A program made the position numbers and the translations under genes. A DNA stretch of 64,000 nucleotides from a virus: IMG/VR virus record IMGVR_UViG_3300046522_000512, positions 1-64,000 of that record. One strand, 5' to 3'. The first letter of the stretch is position 1, and every line of letters starts with the position of its first letter. Below, one piece after another: positions 9,846 through 18,056 of the stretch. The notes below the pieces were generated by a model. That model searched no databases, was not told the origin of the DNA, and saw only the letters and a list, made by a program, of their open reading frames with translations.

Positions 9846-10673
9846 TGACCTGCACCATTCCTCTCCGGGCAGCGGCCGCCAACATCTTGCGGTGGCCGGT
9901 CATACGGGGCTGCCGCGGGCTGTTCCCCTGGGGGACAGCGGCGGCGTCTTCAAGGGCCGGTGGTCGGTGTACCGACACGGGCTCCTTGCGGCGCTTCTCC
10001 GCGGCGAGAATCGAAACTTCCTCGATGACCTGCGCCAGGAGTTCCTTGGTCACCGTCCAGCCGCCAACGGGGGTGGACATGACGCGGGAGTCCTCCGGCA
10101 GCCCGTCGAGGAGTGACGTCAGTCGTCGGAGGCCGATGAATCCGGGCTGTCCTGGCCGGAGCCAGACTCGGCGGGCGTCGATGCGGTGGTATCGGGAGAG
10201 GTCGGACTCGACGTCTGCGAACCGCTCGCGGAGGAGCCGCCCAGTCCGAAGAGCTTTCCCAGGTCCACCGCGTAGATGGTCGCGAGGGCCTTGGTCAGGC
10301 GTACGTACTCGGGGACCGACGGCTTGTGCGCCGTGAAGTCCTCGAACTCGTCCTCGCCGAGGAGCTCCCTGTAGATGTCCTTCACCGCGGCGACGAACTG
10401 GCGCGGGAGGTTGCCGTGCCGGAAGAACAGATCGACGACCTCGCCGGTGCCGATGTCGCCCGAGCCGTTCATGGTCTCGCCGATGAGCCCCATCAGGTTG
10501 AGGTCGTCGGACAGCAGCGGGTCCAGTGCGTCCGCGGGGAGCTCGGCCGGGAACATCAGATCCCAGTCGTCGCGCACCTTCACGGCGATGCCGTGAGGGA
10601 ACTTCACCTCACGCCGGTCGGCAGAGATGTCGATGGCGTACGTCGAGTCGGTCTTGGCCGTCTTGGCGGTCAT
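9838..10673 (-). CDS. Tail assembly chaperone GT (-1 frameshift product)
   Basis: A -1 shift at GGGAAAG joins the G frame to an open frame reading ALRTGRLLRERFADVESDLSRYHRID...LLDGLPEDSRVMSTPVGGW, which runs into the 9838-10080 ORF. Confidence 0.85.
10119..10673 (-). CDS. Tail assembly chaperone G
   Basis: ATG at 10673 after a GGGAGG RBS (MTAKTAKTDSTY). Low-complexity Ser/Thr tail follows the slippery site. Confidence 0.85.
   Translation of the reverse strand: MTAKTAKTDSTYAIDISADRREVKFPHGIAVKVRDDWDLMFPAELPADALDPLLSDDLNLMGLIGETMNGSGDIGTGEVVDLFFRHGNLPRQFVAAVKDIYRELLGEDEFEDFTAHKPSVPEYVRLTKALATIYAVDLGKLFGLGGSSASGSQTSSPTSPDTTASTPAESGSGQDSPDSSASDD
10254..10260 (-). other. Programmed -1 ribosomal frameshift site GGGAAAG
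   Basis: CTG GGA AAG in frame. Same heptamer as the lambda G-T site. Confidence 0.88.
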
Positions 10674-10709
10674 GGGTCGGGTCCTCCCGGTGGGTGTCGA
10701 AGCACCGGG

Positions 10710-10737
10710 AAGGTAGGAACCCTGATCGGCTTGCGTC
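10710..10737 (-). promoter_or_regulatory. Putative late promoter (copy 3)
   Basis: GACGCAAGC-N13-TACCTT upstream of the chaperone gene. Confidence 0.7.
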
Positions 10738-10763
10738 TCGGGGTGCGCCGGGCCTGCGGAACT

Positions 10764-10877
10764 CCCGTGTCTCTCAGTGAGAGACACGGGTGCACGCCGA
10801 CATGATTCGAGCCGTGTCTCTCAGTGAGAGACACGGCTCGGGAAGGCCGTCTGGGTGTGTCTCTCACTGAGAGACAC
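10764..10877. repeat. Three 21-bp palindromes GTGTCTCTCA(G/C)TGAGAGACAC, putative parS/operator sites
   Basis: Cores at 10767-10787, 10814-10834 and 10857-10877, directly upstream of parA. Confidence 0.9.
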
Positions 10878-10976
10878 GACCCTTTCGGTTACAGCCTATG
10901 GGGGTCTGCCACTTGGATAATCGTTTGGCTGGCAGAATGCGAGCGACCTGATCGCCATGCCTGGAAGGGCGACGTC

Positions 10977-11873
10977 GTGACCATCATGCCTATGTCAGCC
11001 GAAGCTCTCGGCGTCGACTACCGACTCTTCAGCCACGTGACTGTTTTCGCCAGCGGTAAGGGAGGCGTCGGCAAGACCACCCTGACCGGCAACAACGCCA
11101 CCCGGACCGCCAGCAAGGGAATCCCCACCCTGGCCGTCGACGCCAACGGGCAGGGCAATCTCCGGCGCGAGTTCGGCATGGACGAGGGCGACCGGGGCGA
11201 GGCTTTCTACGAGTCCCTGAAGAACGGCACCCCGCTGGTGCCCGTCAAGAACGTGCGCCCCAATCTCGACGTCGTCGTGGGGGGCAGTGAACTCCGCCAG
11301 ATCACCAGTCTGTTCATGGAGCTCGCGACGCGAGAGGGCCCCTATGCGGCGTTCTGCCGCCTCGCGCAGTGCCTGCAACCGCTGCTCCCGAACTACGGCG
11401 TCGTCTGGATGGACGCTCCGCCGGAGAACCCGAACATCCTCACCCTGTGCCTGTGCGCGAGCCGCTGGCTTGTCGCCCCGGTGAAGATGGACGTGTGCTC
11501 GCTGGAAGATGCACTCAAGGACATCTCCGACGCCTTCCGCGCCGCGAAGCAGGTCAACCAGCTCCTCGAACTGCTGGGCGTCGTCCACTTCGGGTCGCCG
11601 AACAAGTCGAGCAGCATCCACAAGGAAGTCGTCCACGAGGCTCGCAAGATGCTCGGCGCGAACACCCACGTGTTCGACGAGACCGTTCACGCCTCCTCCA
11701 AGACCGCCCAGCTCGCCCGCAAGCTCGGCGTCTCCGTCTGGGAGCTCGAACAGCTGAAGCGGCCCGAGGACAAGGGCTTTGAAGACACGATTGCCAAGCT
11801 TGCCGCGGCTCACGACCAGCTGACCACCGCGATGCTGCTGCGCATGAGGAGCCGACTGGAGATGGCCGCATGA
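10977..11873 (+). CDS. parA: ParA/Soj family partition ATPase
   Basis: Deviant Walker A KGGVGKTT, VDANGQGNL and Walker B MDAPP. Start is GTG 10977 or ATG 10986/10992. Confidence 0.93.
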   Translation: MTIMPMSAEALGVDYRLFSHVTVFASGKGGVGKTTLTGNNATRTASKGIPTLAVDANGQGNLRREFGMDEGDRGEAFYESLKNGTPLVPVKNVRPNLDVVVGGSELRQITSLFMELATREGPYAAFCRLAQCLQPLLPNYGVVWMDAPPENPNILTLCLCASRWLVAPVKMDVCSLEDALKDISDAFRAAKQVNQLLELLGVVHFGSPNKSSSIHKEVVHEARKMLGANTHVFDETVHASSKTAQLARKLGVSVWELEQLKRPEDKGFEDTIAKLAAAHDQLTTAMLLRMRSRLEMAA

Positions 11874-12745
11874 CCACGAACACCGAAGACGCGCGCGGCG
11901 AACTGGAGGACGCTTTCAGTGGCAAGGCGTCGCCCGAGGAGGACCCGTTCGCCTTCCTGAAGCTCGCGGGCACCGGCCTCCCCGACCAGCAGTCCAGCGC
12001 CACGGCGGCCGTGGTCGAGCCGGAGCCTGAGCAGCTGGAGGTCGAGCCCGAGCCGCCGGCCGACGCGCCCAAGAGCGAGCGCCTCGCGTACTTCGAGGGC
12101 ATCGTCTACCGCGAGCGGGAGCTGTACAAGGACACCGTCGCCGCGGCCGACAACCGGTTCGTGGAGCGGGCGAGTGGCCCGCTGTACGCCATCAACCGGG
12201 AGAAGCTGTATCTGGAGCTCATCTCGGAGGAGACCGGCGAGCCGTTCGAGCGGTTCAAGGACTACCTCGCGGAGCGCTGGGGCATCTCCCGGGCGCACGG
12301 CTACCGGATCCTCAACGAGTACCCGGTGATGACGGCCCTCGGCGACGATGCGCCGGACAAGCTCACCACCCGCCAGGTCCCGAAGCTGCTCGCCGTGCTG
12401 CGCTCGCGCGGCGCGGAGGATGAGGCAGTAGGCCGGGAGGCGGTCCGCACGGTGTGGCGGGAGTCGGAGGTGAAGACGCCGGCGGGCTTGCAGGCGACCA
12501 TCGACCGTCTTGGCTGGGGCGACGCCGAAGCCGAAGCGCTCGACGACCTCAGCGAATCCGACCGGGAACGCGTCGCGCTGGTCGACCGCTGGGACAAGGT
12601 GACGCGGGCGCTCGACCCTGCGAAGGCCCGGCAACTGCTGTCGCGGAGTCCCGAGGACGCGCAGCGGCTCCTCGACCAGGTGATGCCGTTCGTGAAGGTC
12701 CTGGAAGAGGTCGCGCAGCTTCCGGCCGCCAAGGGCGAGAAGTAG
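11870..12745 (+). CDS. Putative centromere-binding partner of ParA (HTH; non-canonical ParB)
   Basis: ATGA-coupled to parA. Acidic disordered N-terminus and HTH-like FKDYLAERWGISRAHGYRIL. No GxxR CTPase motif seen. Confidence 0.65.
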   Translation: MTTNTEDARGELEDAFSGKASPEEDPFAFLKLAGTGLPDQQSSATAAVVEPEPEQLEVEPEPPADAPKSERLAYFEGIVYRERELYKDTVAAADNRFVERASGPLYAINREKLYLELISEETGEPFERFKDYLAERWGISRAHGYRILNEYPVMTALGDDAPDKLTTRQVPKLLAVLRSRGAEDEAVGREAVRTVWRESEVKTPAGLQATIDRLGWGDAEAEALDDLSESDRERVALVDRWDKVTRALDPAKARQLLSRSPEDAQRLLDQVMPFVKVLEEVAQLPAAKGEK

Positions 12746-12764
12746 CGCCGATCGCTGCCCGGAG

Positions 12765-12836
12765 CCCCGTGTCTCTCAGTGAGAGACACGGGGCTTTCCG
12801 CTTCCCCGGCCCGTGTCTCTCAGTGAGAGACACGGG
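12765..12836. repeat. Two further 21-bp palindromes GTGTCTCTCAGTGAGAGACAC (putative parS; may double as bidirectional terminator)
   Basis: Cores at 12769-12789 and 12813-12833, between the converging par partner and major tail genes. Confidence 0.9.
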
Positions 12837-12842
12837 ACTCGA

Positions 12843-13433
12843 TCACGGCGCCGGCGCGAACGACGGGTCGTCGGTGAGCAGGTACCAGGCGTCGGCGTCA
12901 TCGCCGCCCTGCACGGCCAGGCGCAGCGGCAGCACGGCCTCCTTTGCCTTCTGGAGGTCCGACTGCACGCCCTCCATCTGCATGGCGCGCGGCACCACGT
13001 ATCTGTAGTGCTTGCCGCCGTCGATGACCTCGACCACGGCCGCGATCTCGCCGCGGCCGCCGACGCGCGGCGGCACGAACTTGTAGTGCTTCGGGGTGCC
13101 GCCCCCGGACGGCGTGATCTCGGTGATCGTGCCGCCGCCGAACACGGCCTTGAAGTTCGCGCCGTTCCACTGCTGGAGGTCGACCTCGATCGTCGCCGAG
13201 TCCGAGGTCTGGAAGGTGCGCGACGGGTAGTCCGACTGCGCGCTCTTCACGGTCTCGAACTGGGGCTCTTCGTTGAATTTGAGCGAGTCCTCGGTGGTGA
13301 GGCCAACGCTGTACCAGCCCGTGCCCATGGCGGCGGTAGCGTCCGCCGGGGCCGCGGTGCCCACGGGCGCAAGCCATACCTGGGTACGTGCGGGGATGAC
13401 GATCTGGGTGTTGTTCGTGATTTCGCCACTCAT
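12843..13433 (-). CDS. Major tail (tube) protein
   Basis: 196 aa. VWLAPVGTAAP and W.SVGLTTEDSLKF motifs of actinophage tail tube proteins. GAGGAG RBS. Confidence 0.88.
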   Translation of the reverse strand: MSGEITNNTQIVIPARTQVWLAPVGTAAPADATAAMGTGWYSVGLTTEDSLKFNEEPQFETVKSAQSDYPSRTFQTSDSATIEVDLQQWNGANFKAVFGGGTITEITPSGGGTPKHYKFVPPRVGGRGEIAAVVEVIDGGKHYRYVVPRAMQMEGVQSDLQKAKEAVLPLRLAVQGGDDADAWYLLTDDPSFAPAP

Positions 13434-13471
13434 GGCGGTGCTCTCCTCGGGCCGGGGTTAAAGGCCGGCCC

Positions 13472-13499
13472 ACGATGGAGAGCGAGAGGGGTTACCGTC
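13472..13499 (-). promoter_or_regulatory. Putative late promoter (copy 4)
   Basis: GACGGTAAC-N13-CATCGT upstream of the major tail gene. Confidence 0.7.
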
Positions 13500-13692
13500 C
13501 CGGGCTCACCCTCTGCGCGGGCGCGAGGAACGACGGCGGGAGGCCGAACGCGGCCGCCACGATCTGCCGGAAACGGTCGCGTTCCAGGAACTCGGCGACC
13601 GTCCGGCGCGTGGCTGCGCACACCGGATGCTGGACGCGGATGACGCGCACCGGTGTCGGGGGCTGCCAGACGTGGACTTCGTGCTCGGTCAC
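13492..13692 (-). CDS. Small hypothetical protein
   Basis: GTGA overlap with the upstream stop; 66 aa MTEHEVHVWQPP... Confidence 0.45.
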   Translation of the reverse strand: MTEHEVHVWQPPTPVRVIRVQHPVCAATRRTVAEFLERDRFRQIVAAAFGLPPSFLAPAQRVSPGR

Positions 13693-14132
13693 GGGCTCTC
13701 CTGCGGAGGGTGGATGGCGAGTAGTAGTCCGAAGATCCATCGGGCCTGACCGGTCTCCAGCGGCGAATCGATGACCATGCCGGACGGCCGGACGGCGCAG
13801 AGAACGGGCTGACCGGGCGTGGGGTCCTGGTCGACGAGCTCCTTCGCCGCGAGCGCGCACACGAGCAGCGCACGCCTCAGCGCGGCCGGGCCGGGCCAGC
13901 CGCTCGGGTCGCCGATGAGCTCCAGCGACACGTTCGGCTCCGAAGCCCACCGCATGTCCCGCAGGTCTCCGCCGGGGCCGGCCGAGATCCGAAGGTGCGG
14001 CCACGGTGCCTCGATCGCCCCGGAGACATGGCCGGGCCCGCCGAGCACTTCCTGAACTTTGGGGTGCGCGGCGAGCCACGGCAGCAGCAGGCCGACCGGG
14101 TCGGCGTCGGCGAGCGCGTACGGATCGGCCAT
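13689..14132 (-). CDS. Tail terminator/tail completion protein
   Basis: 147 aa, upstream of the major tail gene. PWPHLRISAGPGG and terminal ARWIFGLLLAIHP. Confidence 0.7.
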   Translation of the reverse strand: MADPYALADADPVGLLLPWLAAHPKVQEVLGGPGHVSGAIEAPWPHLRISAGPGGDLRDMRWASEPNVSLELIGDPSGWPGPAALRRALLVCALAAKELVDQDPTPGQPVLCAVRPSGMVIDSPLETGQARWIFGLLLAIHPPQESP

Positions 14133-14136
14133 GAGG

Positions 14137-14394
14137 TCAGCCGCGGGCGGCGTAGCCGTTGCGGCGGAGCTGGCGGGCGTAGTCCGGGCCCACGACCACG
14201 GTCGAGCCCGGCAGATACTCCTTCGCCCCGATGCGCAGGTGATGCGCGAGCGTCAGCTTCTCCGGCTTCTGCCCCGGGCGCAGCGGCGGCCCGGCGACAG
14301 CCACGGTCTCCTCAGCGGGCGCTTCCGCCGGTGCTGCGGTCTCGGTCGTCTTGGCGTCCGTCTCAGCGGGCGTCTTCCTGGTGTTGGTCGTCAT
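14137..14394 (-). CDS. Small virion-associated hypothetical protein
   Basis: 85 aa. C-terminal YLPGSTVVVGPDYARQLRRNGYA resembles small phage head-module proteins. Apparently leaderless. Confidence 0.7.
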   Translation of the reverse strand: MTTNTRKTPAETDAKTTETAAPAEAPAEETVAVAGPPLRPGQKPEKLTLAHHLRIGAKEYLPGSTVVVGPDYARQLRRNGYAARG

Positions 14395-14402
14395 GAGGCG
14401 GA

Positions 14403-14429
14403 AGAGTGCCTTCGCCGACGGCTACTGTC
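14403..14429 (-). promoter_or_regulatory. Putative late promoter (copy 5)
   Basis: GACAGTAGC-N12-CACTCT, 8 nt before the ATG. Confidence 0.7.
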
Positions 14430-14441
14430 GCGCGCTGCGGG

Positions 14442-14972
14442 TCAGCGGCTCGCGGCGACCGCCGCGGCGGCCCGCGCCATGTAGAACACGCCCGGAGCGA
14501 TCAGGTTCCCCGGGTAGACGGTGCCGACCTCCGCGGCCACAACCCAGTCGCCTTCGGCGATCACCTTCACGGTCACAGTCGTCCCCGCCACGATGGGAGG
14601 GAGGGTGCGGATGTTCTTGGAGATGCCGTCGGGGATCGTGTCCGCGCGGCACTCGCAGTTCTTGAGGTTGGCGACCGCGCGAGAGGACTCGTCCCGCGGG
14701 AACTTCATGTAGGTCTTCGGGCCGACGCCGCGGTGGTCTCGGTCCCACTGCATGGAGTTGATCTCGAAGCGCAGGTTGTCGGGGCGCTCCTGGCCGTTGG
14801 CCTGGATGTGCGTGCGCCGCATGTGGTGGTCGGCGACGGTCACCCACTTCTTCGTGGGCGGCGCGAAGATCTTCGCCTGTCGCTCGACCCGGCGGCCGAT
14901 CTCCTCGACCCTCGGGGCGATCATCACCGCGAGTCGCTGCTCCAGCCCCGGCGATACATGGAACGTGGCCAT
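14442..14972 (-). CDS. HK97 gp10-like neck protein carrying a MuF-like insert
   Basis: ATG 14972 in a TGATG overlap. AKIFAP...SKNIR...AAEVGT...YMARA outline of gp10-like proteins, with internal WVTVADHHMRRTH...KFPRD...NCECR. Confidence 0.65.
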   Translation of the reverse strand: MATFHVSPGLEQRLAVMIAPRVEEIGRRVERQAKIFAPPTKKWVTVADHHMRRTHIQANGQERPDNLRFEINSMQWDRDHRGVGPKTYMKFPRDESSRAVANLKNCECRADTIPDGISKNIRTLPPIVAGTTVTVKVIAEGDWVVAAEVGTVYPGNLIAPGVFYMARAAAAVAASR

Positions 14973-15301
14973 CACGGCACCTCCGGCGGGTTCAGGGTGG
15001 CGGTGACGGCGATGTAGTCGGCGGCCCCGTGCCCGGGAACGGTCTTCTGCAGCGCGGTCACCACCGTCCACGTGCGGGTGCCGTCCCCGATGACGTCGCC
15101 GGGCCGGACGCGCCACGCCGCGGGATCTACCCGCAGCGTCCATGTCCCGTCCGACTGCTCGATGGCCGCGCCCGGCCACGTGCCCCGGGCGGCCGGCCGG
15201 GCGTCCGGCGGCGGCGGCACGGGCACGCCGTGCGCATCACGCCCCCAGGGGTGGTCGAGGACGTACACCGTGAGATCCCGGTCCGGGAGGAGGACGGCCA
15301 C
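14972..15301 (-). CDS. Head closure/head-to-tail stopper-like protein
   Basis: 109 aa. RDAHGVPV, PGDVIGDGTRTWTV; synteny. Confidence 0.65.
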   Translation of the reverse strand: MAVLLPDRDLTVYVLDHPWGRDAHGVPVPPPPDARPAARGTWPGAAIEQSDGTWTLRVDPAAWRVRPGDVIGDGTRTWTVVTALQKTVPGHGAADYIAVTATLNPPEVP

Positions 15302-15304
15302 GGC

Positions 15305-15940
15305 TCAGCCCGCCACAGCCGTGACGAGAGCCTTGGAGATCCCGAGCTTCACCGCGGTCGCGTACGTCGTGAATGCCGTCGTGCGGTTCCCGCGGTTGGC
15401 CCGGGTCGTGTCGCCGCCGGTGAAGAACGCCTGACGCTGTGCCGTGGTCAGCTCCAGTTGGACGCCCATGCCCCTGGTGGTGCGGTTGCAGATGTTCGCG
15501 GGGTCGTTGCCGTTCAGCTCCTCGGACGCGACGCTCACAGTGAACCCGGCGTCTTTAAGGCACTGCCCGATCTGGTCGCGGAGGTTGTAGTCGGCGCCGC
15601 CGAGGTACGTCGCTGCGCCGGTGCCGGTCGCGCCGTGGAACGACACGGCGTGCGTGGCGGCCGCCGCCATCTTCAAGGCCTGCGCCTCGTCGTAGCGGGT
15701 CGACGTGACGTGCAGGTCATCGTTCGTGCCCGCCGTCTTGAACCCGTCCAGGGCGTAGAAGTTGTGGATGTCCCCGGCGACGACGTCCGCGATCTCCTGA
15801 GAACCGGGCTCGATACCGCCGCCGTGGATCGCGAAGCACACCAGGCTCGACACCTGGGAGAGCCGCCAGAGCCGCTGAAAGTCGATGCCCTCAATCTGGG
15901 CGGCTGCCAACTGCGCATAGGAGCTGTAGAGGTCGGGCAC
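15305..15940 (-). CDS. Poly-gamma-glutamate hydrolase family protein (PghP/DUF867)
   Basis: Signature motifs AIHGGGIEPGS, LHVTSTRYDE, SFHG, YLGG, NICNR and GVQLEL. Confidence 0.9.
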   Translation of the reverse strand: MPDLYSSYAQLAAAQIEGIDFQRLWRLSQVSSLVCFAIHGGGIEPGSQEIADVVAGDIHNFYALDGFKTAGTNDDLHVTSTRYDEAQALKMAAAATHAVSFHGATGTGAATYLGGADYNLRDQIGQCLKDAGFTVSVASEELNGNDPANICNRTTRGMGVQLELTTAQRQAFFTGGDTTRANRGNRTTAFTTYATAVKLGISKALVTAVAG

Positions 15941-15964
15941 GTCATCCTGCCTTGTCGGGTCGGG

Positions 15965-16834
15965 CTACCAGCGGGAGTAGCGGCGGCCGCCGTACGGCCA
16001 TGGGCTTGCGGGGGCGGTGGCGATCGTCCGCCACAGGCGTTTGCGGTAGTCGCCCAGGGAGTCCAGCGTCGGCAGCGCACCGGCCTGCCCCGCCGTCGGG
16101 GAGGCTTCGTAGCTGATCGACTGGCCGTCGGCCGACACGGATGACACCCGGCGCCCGCCTGCGGCCGCTTCCCCGGCCGGGCTGTTGCGGTGCCGTTCAG
16201 CGGCGTGCGCCACGACGTAGCGGACGATCGGCTCTTCGGCGGCCGCGTTCAGGCCGATCAGGAGCCGCACCGTGTACGTCTCGTCGGCGTTCTGCTCCCA
16301 GCCCGCCACGCTCACGATGTCGTCCACGTCCGGGATGGGCCACGCGCGATGGTCGGACAGCGGATGGAACGGGCGCAGCCCCACGTTCCGCAGCACCATC
16401 GGCTTCGGCACGAGAGGCCGCTTCAGGTACACGGCGACGTCCGCCTGCGCCTTGGCCAGGCTGTCGCGGAAGGTCTCGCGCTGGACGGCGTCCAGCGGCA
16501 GCGGCACGCCGAGCTCGTCGGCGAGCTGCTCGGGTGAGGCGATCAGCCCGGTGCCCAGAGGCAGGTCCAGGCGTACGGTGCGGTCGGTGGCCGGGGAGGT
16601 CTCCGCCGCGGGGGTGAATGTGACGGTGCACCAGTACCGGCCGTCGGGCAGGTTGTCGGGGATCGTGAACCGGTACTCGTTCTCACCGACACGGACAGCC
16701 GGGCCCGCGGTAGCCACCACGGTCCCCGATCGGTCGGGAGCCGAGTACAGGTCGATCCGGCTGACCTCCCCGCCCTCGGGCTCGGGATCGCACAGCACCC
16801 CGCCCCACACGGGCCGGTACAGGTACATCGCCAC
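15965..16834 (-). CDS. Head-tail adaptor-like protein with N-terminal beta-sandwich extension
   Basis: ASPEQLADELG, AQADVAVYLKRPL, SSVSADGQSISY and LDSLGDYR resemble gp15-type adaptors. N-terminal YRFTIPDNLPDGRYWCTVTF looks Ig-like. Confidence 0.7.
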   Translation of the reverse strand: MAMYLYRPVWGGVLCDPEPEGGEVSRIDLYSAPDRSGTVVATAGPAVRVGENEYRFTIPDNLPDGRYWCTVTFTPAAETSPATDRTVRLDLPLGTGLIASPEQLADELGVPLPLDAVQRETFRDSLAKAQADVAVYLKRPLVPKPMVLRNVGLRPFHPLSDHRAWPIPDVDDIVSVAGWEQNADETYTVRLLIGLNAAAEEPIVRYVVAHAAERHRNSPAGEAAAGGRRVSSVSADGQSISYEASPTAGQAGALPTLDSLGDYRKRLWRTIATAPASPWPYGGRRYSRW

Positions 16835-16846
16835 AGTCCCTCTCCT

Positions 16847-17389
16847 CTACTCGCCGAGCTGCGCGCGCAGGGTGGCGACGATGTGCTCGGCGTCCTGGCG
16901 CTGGACTTCCGCGCCGACCGACAGCAGGAGCCGCGAGGCCGGCGTGCGGTAGGGGCCCATGCTGATGTGCTCGATCAGTCGCTTCGTGGAGCGCCAGACG
17001 TTGCCGTACGGAGGTACGGGCTCGAACACGGCGTCGGGGTCGGTGGGCGCCAGGCCGGTCAGCTCGTCGACGATGCAGTCGCCGATCTCCGCGGGCAGGA
17101 GGGCATCGGGGCCGACAGGTTTCGGCGGGGCCGTCGCCCTGGTCGGCGCGGGCGGGGCTTCCAGCGGAGCGACCTCCGGCGCCTTCGTCTCGATCTCTTC
17201 GGCGGATATGGCCTTGTTCTCGATCTCGGCCGTGCCGGTCTCGGTGTCGTCCGAGACGGCCTTCGCCTCCACCGGGGCCGACTCCGGCTCGGTCGCAGCC
17301 GTCTCCGACTCGGTTACGGGCGCCGTCGCCTCTACGGCCGGAGCGGGTTCCGCCGCGGCCGCAGCCTTGCGGGTTCGGGGTGTTGCCAC
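16847..17389 (-). CDS. Hypothetical virion protein with acidic Ala/Pro/Glu N-terminus
   Basis: GTG after GGAGGA RBS; contains VEAKA, IENKA and IETKA. Confidence 0.75.
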   Translation of the reverse strand: MATPRTRKAAAAAEPAPAVEATAPVTESETAATEPESAPVEAKAVSDDTETGTAEIENKAISAEEIETKAPEVAPLEAPPAPTRATAPPKPVGPDALLPAEIGDCIVDELTGLAPTDPDAVFEPVPPYGNVWRSTKRLIEHISMGPYRTPASRLLLSVGAEVQRQDAEHIVATLRAQLGE

Positions 17390-17421
17390 AGCATCCTCCA
17401 GATGAGCGGGGTTGGGGCGAC

Positions 17422-17449
17422 ACCCTGACCCGCGGGGTTCGTTTACGTC
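17422..17449 (-). promoter_or_regulatory. Putative late promoter (copy 6)
   Basis: GACGTAAAC-N13-CAGGGT. Confidence 0.65.
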
Positions 17450-17486
17450 GCGCTGTGCCGTCCGCGGGGGCCCGGCACAGCGCGAC
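17447..17486 (-). terminator. Stem-loop after IPT/TIG gene
   Basis: 14-bp inverted repeat GTCGCGCTGTGCCG/CGGCACAGCGCGAC. Confidence 0.6.
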
Positions 17487-17495
17487 CGTCAGGGA

Positions 17496-17978
17496 TCAGG
17501 AGTAGGTGAAGCCGTTCGCCTTGGTCACGGCCCCCGCCTCGTCGCCGACGACGACGTTCACCGCGCCAGCAGCGTGGGCCGGAGCCGTAACCTGGATGGT
17601 CTCGGCAGTCAGAATTTTGAGGTTCGTGCCCGCGGTGGCGCCGAACTTGACGTCGGCGACGCCGTCGAGGTTCGTGCCGGTGATGGTCACCACCGTTCCG
17701 CCGGCGGCCAGGCCGGTGGCCGGGGACACCGTCGCGACGGTCGCCGCAGGGAACAGCTTGTCGATCTGCGACTGACGCACCACCGCCCCGGCCCGGAACA
17801 TGAGCGTCTTGATCGAGCCCTCGGGGACGCCGTCACGGCTGCCCGTGGGGCGGGTGCCCTCGTCGTGCCGACGGGTGGCGTACACGTCCTGGGTGACGAT
17901 CAGCTCGGGGTCGGATACCGCACTGGTAGGGAATGCGGCCTTGGTGATGCGGGCACCGGCGGCGTTGTACAGGCCCAT
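17496..17978 (-). CDS. IPT/TIG-domain protein (probable capsid decoration)
   Basis: VATVSPATGLAAGGTVVTITGTNL...VKFG...VTAPAHAAGAVNVVV...GFTY is a typical IPT/TIG domain. Confidence 0.88.
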   Translation of the reverse strand: MGLYNAAGARITKAAFPTSAVSDPELIVTQDVYATRRHDEGTRPTGSRDGVPEGSIKTLMFRAGAVVRQSQIDKLFPAATVATVSPATGLAAGGTVVTITGTNLDGVADVKFGATAGTNLKILTAETIQVTAPAHAAGAVNVVVGDEAGAVTKANGFTYS

Positions 17979-18013
17979 GAGGAGCCCCTTTCTCAGGTGT
18001 GGTCGAGTGCCGC

Positions 18014-18041
18014 AGGGTGCCCGACGAGAGGCCCTACAGTC
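18014..18041 (-). promoter_or_regulatory. Putative late promoter (copy 7)
   Basis: GACTGTAGG-N13-CACCCT. Confidence 0.65.
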
Positions 18042-18056
18042 GCCGCCTGGAGCCCG

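Noticed and set aside
10764-12836. Palindromic repeats as a CRISPR array or transposon ends
   Set aside because: Only 3 + 2 copies with 22-26 bp gaps, no cas or transposase gene, and they flank parA. A centromere or operator role fits better.
1430-13433. Contractile injection system or tailocin
   Set aside because: No sheath or baseplate wedge genes recognised. Capsid, portal and a long TMP indicate a siphovirus.
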